A stretch of DNA of 45,605 nucleotides, the filler included, from Streblomastix strix (taxonomy: Eukaryota): the NCBI GenBank assembly GCA_008636045.1. It is 2 parts of 2 records of this genome, joined end to end, with 100 filler letters (N's around TTAATTAATTAA, not from the genome) between each part and the next. Parts side by side here need not be neighbours in the genome. Positions count along the whole stretch, not along the records: positions 1 to 22,753 come from SNRW01000309.1; 1 more part is not named here. One strand, given 5' to 3'. Shown piece after piece: positions 9,871-22,853 of this stretch. The translations under genes and the position numbers were made by a program. How positions within the stretch are numbered: position 1 is the first letter of the stretch; the number at the start of each line of letters is the position of its first letter. Below the pieces are notes generated by a model that did no database searches, was not told the origin of the DNA, and saw only the letters and a list, made by a program, of their open reading frames with translations.

Positions 9871-12800
9871 ATCGAGTGTTTATAAAATCTTCTTCCCCCT
9901 ATCTGTTTCCATGTTTATATAATTCTTTTAGTCTTTCCTCCCATTCCATTATACTTCCAATTATATATCATTTCTCTAATCCTTTCCTCCATCTCCTGAG
10001 GAGCCGTCCTCATCAACGCGCTCCTCTTCTCTGTTCCTGAGGGAGATTTCAACGCTGATCTCCCTTGATTGGAGCATCCCTGCCCGATCAGGAGCTCTAC
10101 TCCCCCTCATCCTCATCGTTAGAGTTTTTTGGTTCTGATTTAATCTATTCGGCAAATTTCTGCCTCTTTTGAGCATAGCCTTAGCTTTTGGTACTGTGAA
10201 AGCTGTTTTAGTTTAAATTTAGACATTTCTACCCAATTTTGGTTCGTTAGAGACACTTATGCCTTCTATTTTTGTCTTTACATTTCCTTTTCCTCTCTTA
10301 GGCTTCTCCCGTACTCCAACTGGTGCAAGGCCTTAATCATCTTTTTCCATTTAACTCATAGCATTTAAGTTTTAGTCATTTTACGGTTATATTATCAAAT
10401 TCTCATAAACTGGGGGCTTCGAGATTACATTAATTCTATACTCTTTATCTTGGATTAGTGCTGCTTCAACGATTTACTCATCTTCCTACCCTTCATCATT
10501 ATCCTCGTGGACTTCATTTATTTAAGAAACTGTTCTTTCCATATTATTGGCTGATATTGATCCCGTTTCTTTTAGCCTCAGCCCTGCACTTAAGCTTGGA
10601 CTCTGGGTACCAGAACTCGGTTACAAACCAGTTAGCAGTCCAACAATTCCCTGAATATCAGATATATCAACATTTATGTTATAGAGATAATTGTTTCCTA
10701 ATTGTTAAAGCTATTGATTTGCTTGTAATTATTATAATTCTCTCTCTTATTTCTTTTATATTTATTTAAAATCCCCTCTATAAGTAGTTTTATAAATTGG
10801 AATATCAGTTCATTAAGCTTAACTACTTGGTTTGTCCTTGCTCATTCCGGTATTAATCATCCTTGATGTTGTTGAAGCTATATTTTACTAATATTTAGTA
10901 TTAGTTGATTATTATTATATTAGTTATTTTGCTGTTGAGTTGAAGACTGATTATTAATACGTTTGCTATTATTATTAGGCTTTTTTGGGTGTTTTTGCAT
11001 TATTTTTGTCCATTTCTCCAATTACTTGTTATCAATCATTCTTTGAATCAGATTTACCATATTTTCTTTCCTTTTCTATAATTCTGCTAACATTTCTTGT
11101 AGTATTTCCTGTTCATCAATATCATCTTAGTTTAGTGATGAATTTCTTCTACCTCATTATCTTGGAATTTAATTTGGGGTCTAGTTTTTGGTTGTACTTG
11201 TGTTTATTATATTCGTTATGTTGGAAGAATAGGTTGTTTGGGTTTTGGTGTTGTTACTTTGTGTTGAAGGGACTCGTCTTCAGTCCAGGTTGAGTCTTTA
11301 TCACTTTGATTCTCAGATGAGTCTTATATATCTGTATAAGTTTTTTTCTACTCATCATTTGGATTGTCATTCCAGCTTCTTCGTCTATTTCTATTTTCAT
11401 ATTAATTTGTCCTATTCCAATTTAGTGGCTTCATCATTTATCTGAAGTTCTGTTTAACTTATAGGTTTTACGTTTATGCATCCCAATATCTTTCTTGATA
11501 TAGTTGATCTCTAATTTAGTAGCCTTATCCTCTTCCTTTGCAGTTCTAGTTTCTCCTTCTAAAAATTCGTCGGCCTCTACTTCTCGGTTCGCCTCTGGTT
11601 TCGTATCCATTCTAATTTCAATCGATGCCTATTCCAGTTTCTCTTAGACATTAATAGTCTCCCGATCTCGAATAACTTTTTGATCTTGATCGCTCTCTCG
11701 ATTCACATCTTTTGCCAATAGTGTCGTATCTTGATCTCATACTGCGCAGTGATAAGGATCTATTTCTATGTTTATCAAATTTATTTCAAAATTCCAGTCT
11801 TGTTTTTTTGGCTCGTTGTAATGGTTTTGAGTCGTCTTCTGAGAAATACTCTTTCTTTGCACATGCTATTCTCAAATCAAAGTTGTATTCTCCCAAATCG
11901 CTCTAACTTTGTCCATTGAAGGTGCAAATCCTTATTGTTTTGACTTTCTCCAATTTAACATGTGTGGTATATTCGAACCAAAGCCTGGCCAATGTTGTCC
12001 TTCGTCATCCTTGCCCAGTGGAATTAGATCGAATCCTTTTAGCATCCATGTAAGCATATAATTCTTGAAAGTTTCTTTTGTTAAAATATTTGGTATTTCT
12101 GATATTTCTTATTCTGCGTTCAATGTAAGAGGGAAAATCGTTGACAATGGTATGGCTGCGTTTCTTTGTGCGTATAGTCCCTGACCTGACGGAGGCTAGT
12201 CTCGCGGTCCTGAGTCTGAATGTGATATATTATTATACGTTCTCTTAATCTGGATTTCTTGGTTTTATTCAAGAGTCTGGTTCTCGTTCTAATTCTACCT
12301 TGGTCCCATTACTTGTTTCCAGATTGCTGATGGTATTAACTGGCGAAATCTTTTAATTTTGACTGTTGCTATTCCCAGCTATTGGATTCCGATCAGCAAA
12401 TTCTTAATTCCTATCGCATCTTTGTTCGCTGAGTCGCTCCTTGCAATGACTTGTGCTCCCAACATGTGTGATCCAGTTTCGCTATTCAAGTGTGAGTTAA
12501 TTGAATTCGTTGCCAGGTTGAAGTAGTTTGCGTTGGTCCCGTTTTCGTTCCACGCTCTTGCAAAATTCGTTCTCTCTGCTTCCCTTAAGTTATGGATCAT
12601 CTAACTGAGTACGTCAATTGCTAAATTATCTTCCTGTGGTTCGCACAGGTGTGCCAGTATTCTTTCACCTATTCAAAAGTTGTATAATGCCAGTGCCTGC
12701 TCGCTCTGCAAAATTTTGTCGATCGGACTGCGCATAGAGTCTAGTATTTCGTATGGTACTGGTACTGATGCAATGGGTAGTATCGATGGGCAATGTATTT

Positions 12801-13270
12801 CTCTTCTCCGGGCTTCGCAGTTCTGTTCGTCTAGTATGTTTGTCCCCCCAAAATAAATCTCGCTCGCTGGCACGCCTGTCATCTCCTCCAAGACCTTTGC
12901 CATAAACGCTTGCGTTTTCTCTCTTACCGCCTGCCTTGGTATAAGCTAATTTTCGATATCTTATTGCGTCGGTTGCTGCTCGGACTGAAGAAACTTCCCG
13001 ATCTTGTCTCCTATTTCCGGTTGCTCGTTAATGGTTGTGACAGGTGTCTTTGTAGTGAACATTGGTGTGTCGAAATTCACAAGCAGTCCGGTCTCTGACG
13101 GTTCAGGTTTTTTTGAAATCTTTGACATTTTTGAAAATGGTCAACCCATAGATCGGATTCCTGTTCGTGCACCGACCATACTGGAGCCACAATAGTATCT
13201 CAATAAAGATGTGAAATAAAGAGAGAATGGAGTAACCAATTATTATCCTCGTCTCCCTTGGAGACAGAGT
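9870..13270 (-). mobile_element. 5' part of a degraded DIRS-like (tyrosine-recombinase class) retrotransposon, truncated just before the RT domain
   Basis: Abruptly higher GC and purine-rich minus strand; long gag-like frame from ATG 13128 (MSKISKKPEPSETG...) with scattered TGAs, an overlapping RS/RG-rich frame, and at ~9875-9950 GRKTKRIIQTWKQIG.EDFINTRF, resembling the GGRL..F...W..I......I..GY segment that precedes DIRS RT. No RT or YR catalytic motif is present. Confidence 0.5.
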
Positions 13271-14097
13271 AAGGAATGTATTAAATTTATCTCAATACAA
13301 TAATTATACTTTGTCCAAAAATCTATAACTTCTATCGCATTAAAAGTTTTTCCCATCTGCTCTCTACTATTCAATCATGACAATTATCTTTTTCTTACTA
13401 TTCTAATTTTAGTAATTGAATAATGATATTAAAAAACGCTTCATTCGCTTTCATTTTAGTAATTCTCAAATTTTACTTAAAAAACAATAATTTTTAGGAA
13501 ATTATAGTTATAAATACCGTATTAGATTATATTCTCTCTCAATAACGGTGAAGTTGTAGATTTCTAATACATATTATTTCTAAGTAAGGCTTTATTGTAA
13601 ACAATATTAAAAGAAAACTTTTATATATCATTACAATTAAATTTCAAATTTATATAAATTATTAATAAATTAACATTCATTTACACACTGACAATGTAGA
13701 AAAAGCTAAAATTATGATTCAGGGTTATGCACAAATTCATTTTTTTATATTTGTTTTATATTTTCAACCAATACAATTTTACAAAATTAATAATTACCTA
13801 ATTTGTTAAATTATCACTATAACTAATCGACGAAAGCGTTCTGAAATTTCTGTTTAGAAAATGATGGATAGGAAGTTAGTTTGAGTGTTATTCTGCTTAT
13901 TTTCTTTATTATTTATATACATGAAATATATTATATTGAATTCAATCGCACTCCTTAATATTTGCTTCTATGCAGAGTTTCATTTCATATAGACAATAAT
14001 ACAGAATCTCATTCATTCCAAATTTCACTAATAATTTTATTATTAATAATAATATCTTTGTGATTATTTTAGCAGGGAATAATTTTGAGAGTTTAAT

Positions 14098-17000
14098 ATG
14101 AGCTTTTCTGAACTTACAACACCTATTATTGGCAATAATATTTAGAAAGGTCGGAAAGATACATTTTTCCTTGAAACTTTAGCTTTGACAGGAGAAATTA
14201 CAACTGTAGCCGTGGGCCATTTCTTAAACTAACAAAATATGTGTCTTATCTTAGTAAAGGTAAAAATTATTTTCCTTAACCACTTTTACTTAAATTTAAC
14301 TTTTATAGAGAACGGTTTTAACAATTTATAGTCGTGATGAAGAAAGCGGCAGTTTTGAGTTTATTGATCACAAGAAGATATTTAAATAAGTCTTTAGTGT
14401 ACATTGTGTACCATAATCACATAGGCATTCCATTATTATTTTATTTTATCTTATAATGAATATACAAAATAATTTTTGAAGTGTTGATTGTCTTCTTATT
14501 ATTACTGTAAATGGGGAATGGCTCTTCCTTCAATGGCATGAAAGTAATTTCTTCCCTCTTGGAACTGGATCATTGTTGGATGCTGTACAACCTTTCTTTT
14601 CTAAGCCGGTTAAAAGGAGATTTAGACTTGATCCTGTATGTAATATTATTTTTTTGTATTTATGAATTATTTTTATATAAACAAAATATTACATTTTGAT
14701 TTCTCATTACAGACATTCTAATGGGCTGTATCTGTGATTCCACAAGATAGCAAGTCTTCTCACTAATTTACAAGACCTTCAGATGACTATAAACCAATTT
14801 AAGAATAAGAGAATGAATGCAATGATGATAACAATTTTATGAGTATTGATGATGTTCCAATTGTTCGTGTCTCATTCCGTGCACTCTGTGTTGTTGATGA
14901 GACTGTATTTGTAGGATTGAGTTATGATGGACCAGATGCGAGTTTCATGTATAATGTCAGTGAGAAGATGAATGAAACATTAGGAAGCATACCTTACTCA
15001 TAACATTGGGGACCTAATATGGTAGCAGGAATAAGTAATGGACTTGAAGAAACATGGCTAGTGTAATAGATGAATAATAATGGTAATCAAACATAATTAA
15101 GTTCATAATTAAGTTAAGAAGTTAGTACAGATTAGGTTAAAATTGATATTGCATGCTCCAGGACATTTTTATTCACCGAAGATGAAGAAGATGAATGGAT
15201 CAATAGAAATGAATTTGCTGATAATTCACTTTTTGATACAATTACTAGAGTTCGCCATGCCACTTTCACTTCAAAACTTTTACTTCAAGAGTTTCCATTT
15301 TAGGTTAATGATGAAACTGAGAAAGATAAGTATGATTGTTTATCAGAATCTAGAGTTAGTTTAAATTTCAATTCTTCACATATGAATTCTCTGAACAAAA
15401 AAGTAACATCGAACATAACTACTGCCAATATTATTGTTGATACAATAGAATTGCCATGTTTGATGAATATATCCTTCGACTTTCAAACTCAGAAGATGCA
15501 TTTATTTGGCAGAATACTTATTTCTATTCATCCATCTACATCTCGTATTGTATAATTAGGAGATGATGGAGAATAATTGGATTATACTGCAATAATGAAA
15601 ACTATTCGAGGAGCCGATTTTGTAGCTTGTGATAATTTAGCAGGTTTTACAAAAAATGAAGTCCTTCATATTCTCAGTAAGAAGGAAATAATCTCTTCAC
15701 CAAATTAGAATGGATAAGAAAGTAGATCAGATGAATTATTGAAAGTAAAGGATAAAATTCGCTCATGGTATCTGACAGCAAAAAGTTTTGGTATTATTTT
15801 GAATTAGAAACACCAATATAGATCAAGTTAGATGGAGATATAATGTATGAATATCCGACCTTTCATGCTTATTGCATCTGGATGCATAAGTCTTATTATG
15901 AATGTCTCAGGATCATATTTATTCTAATTCCCGATTTCCTTCCTTGATCCACCAATGGCTGCCATGTATGTAACAGTAAGATAAGGTAATGGAGTAAAAT
16001 GTTTAAGTCAATAACTCAGCTATGGAAATGAAGAAGGAATATTAAAGCATTTAAGTCCTAATATATAAAGATCAAAAGATGCAAAAAAGCAAATACACAA
16101 GAAATTGAAAGATGCATCTACTATGGATAAGATATTCATTGGAAGTGGAAAACAACTGCTTGTGATAATGAATGGGAAGGCATAAGTACATCATATGAAA
16201 GATAAATGTGTCAAAGATATAGTTTTAATCCCAACATCAAACTAGAATACCTAAAAAATAGAAAGTAAATTGAAAATATCAGAAGAAGCTAATGAAGACA
16301 GTTTATAGAGTGTAATATCAGAAGAATAAGATGATCATCATTTCCACAAGTTCTGGAAAACCCTCAGCACATCAGCGATCTTCATTTCAACAACTTGTGG
16401 ATCTCCAGTTCTACTATCATTTGATATGTAATAATTAGTAGATGTGGAGAAATAAGAAGACTTTGCACTTAGTCCTGGATGCATATAATAGGCACTTATT
16501 ATTCCACCAAAGTTCAAAGTTCCTTCTCATCATGAAGAAGATAGATTACTCCTTGCAATGGGAAATGGAAGAACAGGATCATTGCAACTTATAAACATCA
16601 GTAATAAGCTTCTTCCATTTGCTGAAACTACATATCTCGGAAACCATTCATTCGTAGTAAGCTGCCGTCAATTTGCTGGTTCTACTATGAGAAATGTAAT
16701 CCTTATTGAAGCAGAAGTAACAAATAAATAAAATATATAATCATTAAATAACATCCACTAAAATTTATCTAACATTCCATTAACTAAAGATAGTAATTCA
16801 AATTCATAATCTATTGAGAAATTATCAAATTCAGACTCTCAAACAAAAATCATCAGTAAAATGTTTATTATCAGCAAAGATTAACTCTCATCACATTAAA
16901 AATTAGATATTGGAATCAAAACCGAAGGAAAAGTTGTTGCATTTCATGAAGCTCAAGGTGCTGTTGTATTTATTAGCCCTGGAGAAATAATCGTAATACC

Positions 17001-20000
17001 AACATTAAAATATTTGGGATAAATTAAAAAGAGAATCAGTAATATTCAAAATAATGTTGCATTGAATAAAAAGATGGAGGAAGATAGATAAAATAATGAT
17101 AAAGAAGAAAATAAAACACAAGAATCAATAAAATAATCTAAATCATCGCATAAATTGAGTAAAAGCTCATAATAATGGTCTTCAACATCATCAATGTCAA
17201 CAGCATCATCTATATCATCTTCTACATCAATTGGTCCAGCTATGTCTCATATTCCAAGTTATTCACTGACTCATGCAGAAGCTCGACATAGAAAGGGAGT
17301 TGTATCATAATAGTTTGGAGATATGAAGTTGGTTATCAGTTCAGAGCAGAGGAACATCGATGCAAATAATCGATTAGTTTGGCATTCACCTCCATTACTT
17401 ACAAAAGAATAATGTATATTGTGCGAGAAAGGTAAAACAAATATTGGATTTACAGAAGAAGCAGAATTAGAACACGGAGCGATTGGAGATAATATAATTG
17501 TTGTATCCCACAAACGTATTGCATATGTACTACTCTGGCATCCTGCAATCCCTCAATTATTAAACAAACAATGGCCAAATCAATCATGGGCTCCAATTAC
17601 AAGACTAACAGCTACAGCGATGGGAAACGAAGGAAGAAAGATGGCCTATTTAACAAATACATCAAAAATTTCAAATTTAAACAAAGAAAATAAAGAAAAA
17701 GATAAAGAAGAAGATAAACTGGAAAATAAAACAATATAAAGAAATTTGACATAAGAACAAATTAAACTGTAGAGAAATGTTTGGATGATGCCGCAAGTGC
17801 TTACAACCGTTGCTACAATTAAGGGACCATCTCAAATTACTTCAATCACAACATCAATGATTTGTGGAAGACATTTTGTTGTTGTCTGTTTTGAAAACTC
17901 TGCGGAAGTGTAAGTTTATCGCTTAGATACTTTTGAGAATGCACGAGCGGCAATTATTGAAAGAGAAAATATGTGGAACTTTGCGAATAAGAATGTCTGT
18001 GATGGATATGGAAAATTTAAGTATCCTTTCATCAAACGACCAAATATGAATATAAACACCACTGCAACAGGATAATTCATTGAAACTGATGAAAACAGTG
18101 GGAAATTCTTGGCTAATATCAACAATTCATACTTGACGCTTGTTCGAGTATTTGATTTAGAACTTAATGATTATACAAACACTTGTGTGCTTACAACTTT
18201 TGGAAGACATGTTCGCAAACTTGGAAATGATGAAAACATTCTTCCTGATGAACAAGTAATGGATAAAAACGAAGAGAAATTCTATGGTGGTATTAAACGT
18301 TATTCAAACTACAATAACTATGAGAACTGATAAAATTTTAAAGGAATATTTAATGATCATTTTTCGTAAATAACTGAACCAAACAACTCATCAAGTTATG
18401 AAATGAATTCAACTAAAAGCAGTAATGATATTAAATATCACTCACAGAATCAGTCCAATAGATTCAGAAAGAAATAATACAATCTATAAAATACTGAATA
18501 TCCAATTCCCTGGGAAAAGTAAAGGAGATGTGGTCAATACAAAGAGAATGATGGAGCTGTAATTGCAATTGGGGGAAGATTTGGACAAATTGCATTCACT
18601 TGTATACCTCTTGCAGCACTGATGCTTGAATAAGCACCAATTGATTATAATACATCTACTGAATCCATTTAGGCGATTATTACTGGACAGACAACTCAAA
18701 CGACTTTCCATTTCCCACCATTAATCTAATTCTTAACAATGGGAAGAGAACCAATAGAATTAATTGAAAATAACCAATTTATTTTTGTTAGAGGAGAAAG
18801 AACTCAATTAATGGAATTCAATGCAAAGTATTGTCAGATAATACTTCGTTCTCTGAATGCAGATGGTGGTATTGCATCTATGGCTCCTATTTGTGTTGAT
18901 GATGATCGTGAATCCAGACAAATAAGAAGAAGAAGACGAAAAAGAAAATAAAGAATAAGACTCAAACAGATGAAGTAAGAAAATTAGATAATGAAAATAC
19001 AAAAATATTTGGATGTACAACAATAAAATATGGAAATTGGTATTGAATAAAACAATGAAAATATCCAATAATAAATTGAACAATAAGAAGAAATTTCATC
19101 CAAATCATTGGAAAGTAATGACAGCTAAGCGAAATATGATGATTATGATCTGAAAGATGAAACTGGCACATTATTGTTACCCACATTAGCTTGGATTGGA
19201 GGAATATCTCATACATTAACATATGGTACAATTGATAAGAGAAGGCAAATAAACAGAGTTGTGAAAGAACTTCCTACAGTTCCTATTTCTATTGCTTATC
19301 TTCCTTCTCTTCATGCAATTGCTGTACTTCTTAGAGAACATTCATTATATCCTTACTTTGTTAATGAAGTTAATAATGACATTGAAAATAAAACTGTTGA
19401 AAAGTCAAGATAAAACTCAGAAATAAACGATTCAAGTATTGATGTGTAATAAAATGAATAATAATATCAACATCAATCTGAATTTGATGATATTGATAAT
19501 GAAAATATCAATATTGAAAAAGAAAATTAAAATTTAAGATAGAAAAAGACGGAAATTGAAAGAGAAGATCGAATTCGCAAGTTGCGTCGCAATTATGGAG
19601 TAGAAGGATTAGGACTTGATATGTCAAATCTTGCACGCTTTTGTGTTGATCGAGAAACACCATTTAGAAAAATTGTTGGTGAATATTTGAAGAAGAAATT
19701 AGAATTGAAAAGATAAAAATAATTATAATCTCAAAATGGGAAATATTAAAATGAATAGAATACTGAAGGGAAAATTTTAATTGACCTTGAATCAAATATT
19801 TGTGGGAGATAAGAAAGCACTCTTTCAATCAGAAACGCAATAAAATAAATGTCAGCACCAATATATGATACCAATGGAATTCCTTTCACTGATCTTGCAG
19901 CTGATCATTATGCAGACAAACATACAATGTTTCCAAGAAATTATCGACCTTTACACACACTTCCTGATTAATCATTCGTTAATTCTCTGTGCTATTCACC

Positions 20001-22753
20001 TGGTATGAACTTCTGCTTTTCATATTCTCCTTTTATCGATGAAAAAACAATTGAAAAATCTTTTCATCATCATCCGACTAACATTATTCAAAATAGAATG
20101 ATTAACAAAATAGCCTTTTAAAATGAAAATATAGATGAAGTACAAAAGAATGAAGGAGTAAATACCTCGCAATAAGATATAAAATAAGTTTATTAATAAC
20201 AAATCATATCTTCATCTTACAATAATTCCGAACCTATGATATAATCCTAAACATATTAACATTAGAAACAATCATTAAATAGAACAAATGAATTATTAAA
20301 AGTTAAGAATATGAACTCCCGATATTCCATTCTTATTTATGATGAAACTGATCTTAGATCTAAAATTGGAGAAGTTCGTTTGAGTCGGATTGCACTTCTT
20401 GAAGGTTAGTCCCTTGAAACTGCTGTCAATTTTTCCCCAGAAGTAATATCTCATCTTCTTTAATATTGCACTAAAAGAAGCAAATTTAACAAGAATCGCA
20501 AAAATAACAAGAAATCTTCTCATTAAAAAAGTAACCCATAATAATAATAATAATAATAATAATAATGTAATATTGCACCATTAACTTAAGAATAATCTTC
20601 TCGACCTATTATTTTCAAATAAACAGAAACAGATTCAAGAAATAATTTAAATTTGAATTATTAAACAAAAATGACATAAAATTCTTTTAATCGAGACATA
20701 TATGAAGGTCTTACAAAGCTTGATATGTACAATTTTTATGCAATGACTAGTCTTGTACTTCCAACTCGCCAAGCTGTGAAAGAAATAAGGATATTAGATT
20801 AAGAAGTAATGGAACAGGCAATGGACAAGAGTGTGAAAGTAATAGAATAGTGGAAGAAAGAAGAAGAATGTTAAAATTTATCAATTAAAAATTAAGAGAA
20901 TATTGAAATTGGTTCAATCAGTAGAGAACCAAAATTTATTAAAAAAGATAACCAAATTCAAGAAAATCTTAAATAATATTGGAAATAGAAAGAATCTTCA
21001 CCTCCTAATGCAAAAATAAAATAAATGGGAAGATTAATGGATTCATATTAGATGGATGAGACATATGCACGAACTTTGATATGCGTTGCAGGTAGATAGA
21101 ATAGTATTGGAATGATTGGACTCAACTTTGATTCCACAAAATAAAATTAAAAATCAAAAGATGAAGAATGCAATATTTAGTAAAATTATTAAAAAGCTCA
21201 ATAAACCATTCCAAGTGAAACATTATTCACAGAAATTTTCATATTTTAAGTTTCAAGATTAGCATTAAATAAACATACAAAACGTACAGCCGATCACATA
21301 TATAAACGAATATATAATAAAACATTAGAAAATATTGAAATGGAAAGTCTTGAATAAGAAAAAGTCAATAATACTGATTAAAACTCATTTATGGGAAGAA
21401 TTGATATAAGAACTACATTTCCTAATATATTAACATCACCTGTAAATTTATAATCCGATGAAAATAGATTTATCAATCTGAATGTTGTGCTTCTTAAGCG
21501 GATAAGAATAGTAGGTGGCGTTTAGAATCTTATTGCAGAAACATCTCTACTAACAATTTTAAATGGAAAAGCAGCATTGGTGTTCGGATTCTAAGCAGGT
21601 GATATTACTGATAATAAAAGTAAAGATGATTTCGAACAGAAAAAGTTGATCAATACTAATAATGACTTTTGTTCTTGTTCAACTCCAGTCTACAACAATA
21701 GTTAATAGATTGATACCATATATCCATACCACTTTGAAGTAAACGAAGTTCGCAATGTTCAAGATTTCTTAATAGGTACAATTTATTCAACTATTACTGC
21801 AGTAAAAACATCTCAATAAACAGAACCATGGTTCACAACAAATGCATCCGATACAAATACTTCATTATTGCAAAACGAAATGATTTAAATTCCATTTCCC
21901 AAAACGAATGCCTCCTCTGATAAAAGTGTGATGGCATCTCCAGCTGTTTAAGCTCTTGATTTACAAATGAAACTTTTATCATTTATTGTGACTCCATCTC
22001 CTATCACTTCACTTTCAATGAATGAAGTTTATGGACATCAATTTAACTATATTTATGATTCCACTTAGAAATAAACATATTAATTACCAAGACAAACAAT
22101 TCCACTGTAATCTATTATGCGTGTGAGATATATGCTACATCCATATTACTTTGGAAAGTAATGGATTATGAGAGTGGCAATTGCTTATGCACCTTGTGGA
22201 ATAGTAGTTTTAGATATTCGTGTTTAAGTTAAATTTTCAATTTCTGTTGAAACTGAAATTAAAAATTTGAAACGATATTGTATTTTCAAGCCAAATAACT
22301 ATCATAATTATATCAAAGGGGAAAAGTATGGAAATAAAAAGCCTTTACTTAACTACATTGCTATAGTTGAGATGCTGAAGAAATCTACACAACATTCTAT
22401 AACCAGTGTATCATAATGTTTACTTGGCACTGAAGCAGGGAGTAATAATATATAATAAATGGAAATTAAGCTGAAACCACCTTCACTTGTTCCACTGTTA
22501 ATAGCAAGTCAAAAATTGACAAAGATGATGTAAACATTATTAGATGCTGGTAAAATTCTGACTCAAGATGAAGAAGAACTTGTTTTCTCACACTATGCTA
22601 AATAATCAAACACATCTTCATTAGATGAGCCAATTCTACTTTTTCATACACCAGGTTGCTTTCAGACATTGATCGCTCGAGGTTATGCACCATCATTATT
22701 AACATCGATGCAGATATTGGATAAGAATAATATTGCTGTTGTAGCTGATCATG
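14098..22753 (+). CDS. DDB1/SF3B3/CPSF1-family triple beta-propeller protein, most DDB1-like, >2,800 aa, 3'-incomplete. Exons 14098-14259, 14309-14424, 14482-14635, 14713-18289, 18344-22753
   Basis: TTVAVGHFLNQQNMCLILVKRTVLTIY; LLLAMGNGRTGSLQLI; LTYGTIDKRRQINRVVKELPTVPISIAY (cf. DDB1 [28 protein letters not shown]); APSLLTSMQILDKNNIAV, in the family order; frame held for ~8 kb with TAR=Gln. Confidence 0.75.
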
Positions 22754-22853
22754 NNNNNNNNNNNNNNNNNNNNNNNNNNNNNNNNNNNNNNNNNNNNTTA
22801 ATTAATTAANNNNNNNNNNNNNNNNNNNNNNNNNNNNNNNNNNNNNNNNNNNN
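22754..22853. other. Artificial contig-joining spacer
   Basis: 44 N + TTAATTAATTAA (standard-code six-frame stop linker) + 44 N; flanking contigs are 22753 and 22752 nt, consistent with size-sorted concatenation. Confidence 0.95.

Noticed and set aside
10458..13195. Plus-strand hydrophobic ORFs in the supplied track (e.g. 10458-10769, 10985-11293)
   Set aside because: Antisense shadows of the purine-rich minus-strand retroelement frames; the same applies to track ORFs such as 1186-1545, 18808-19083, 27534-27809 and 37236-37622.
18328..18330. TGA readthrough, selenocysteine or TGA=Trp in the DDB1-like gene
   Set aside because: The TGA lies within a frame-preserving 54-nt GT-AG intron candidate, and intact genes use TGG for Trp and end in TGA.
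22754..22853. TTAATTAATTAA palindrome inside the N gap as a biological site, and linkage between the two halves
   Set aside because: Symmetric 44 N flanks and near-equal contig lengths indicate an artificial linker; no synteny can be inferred across it.
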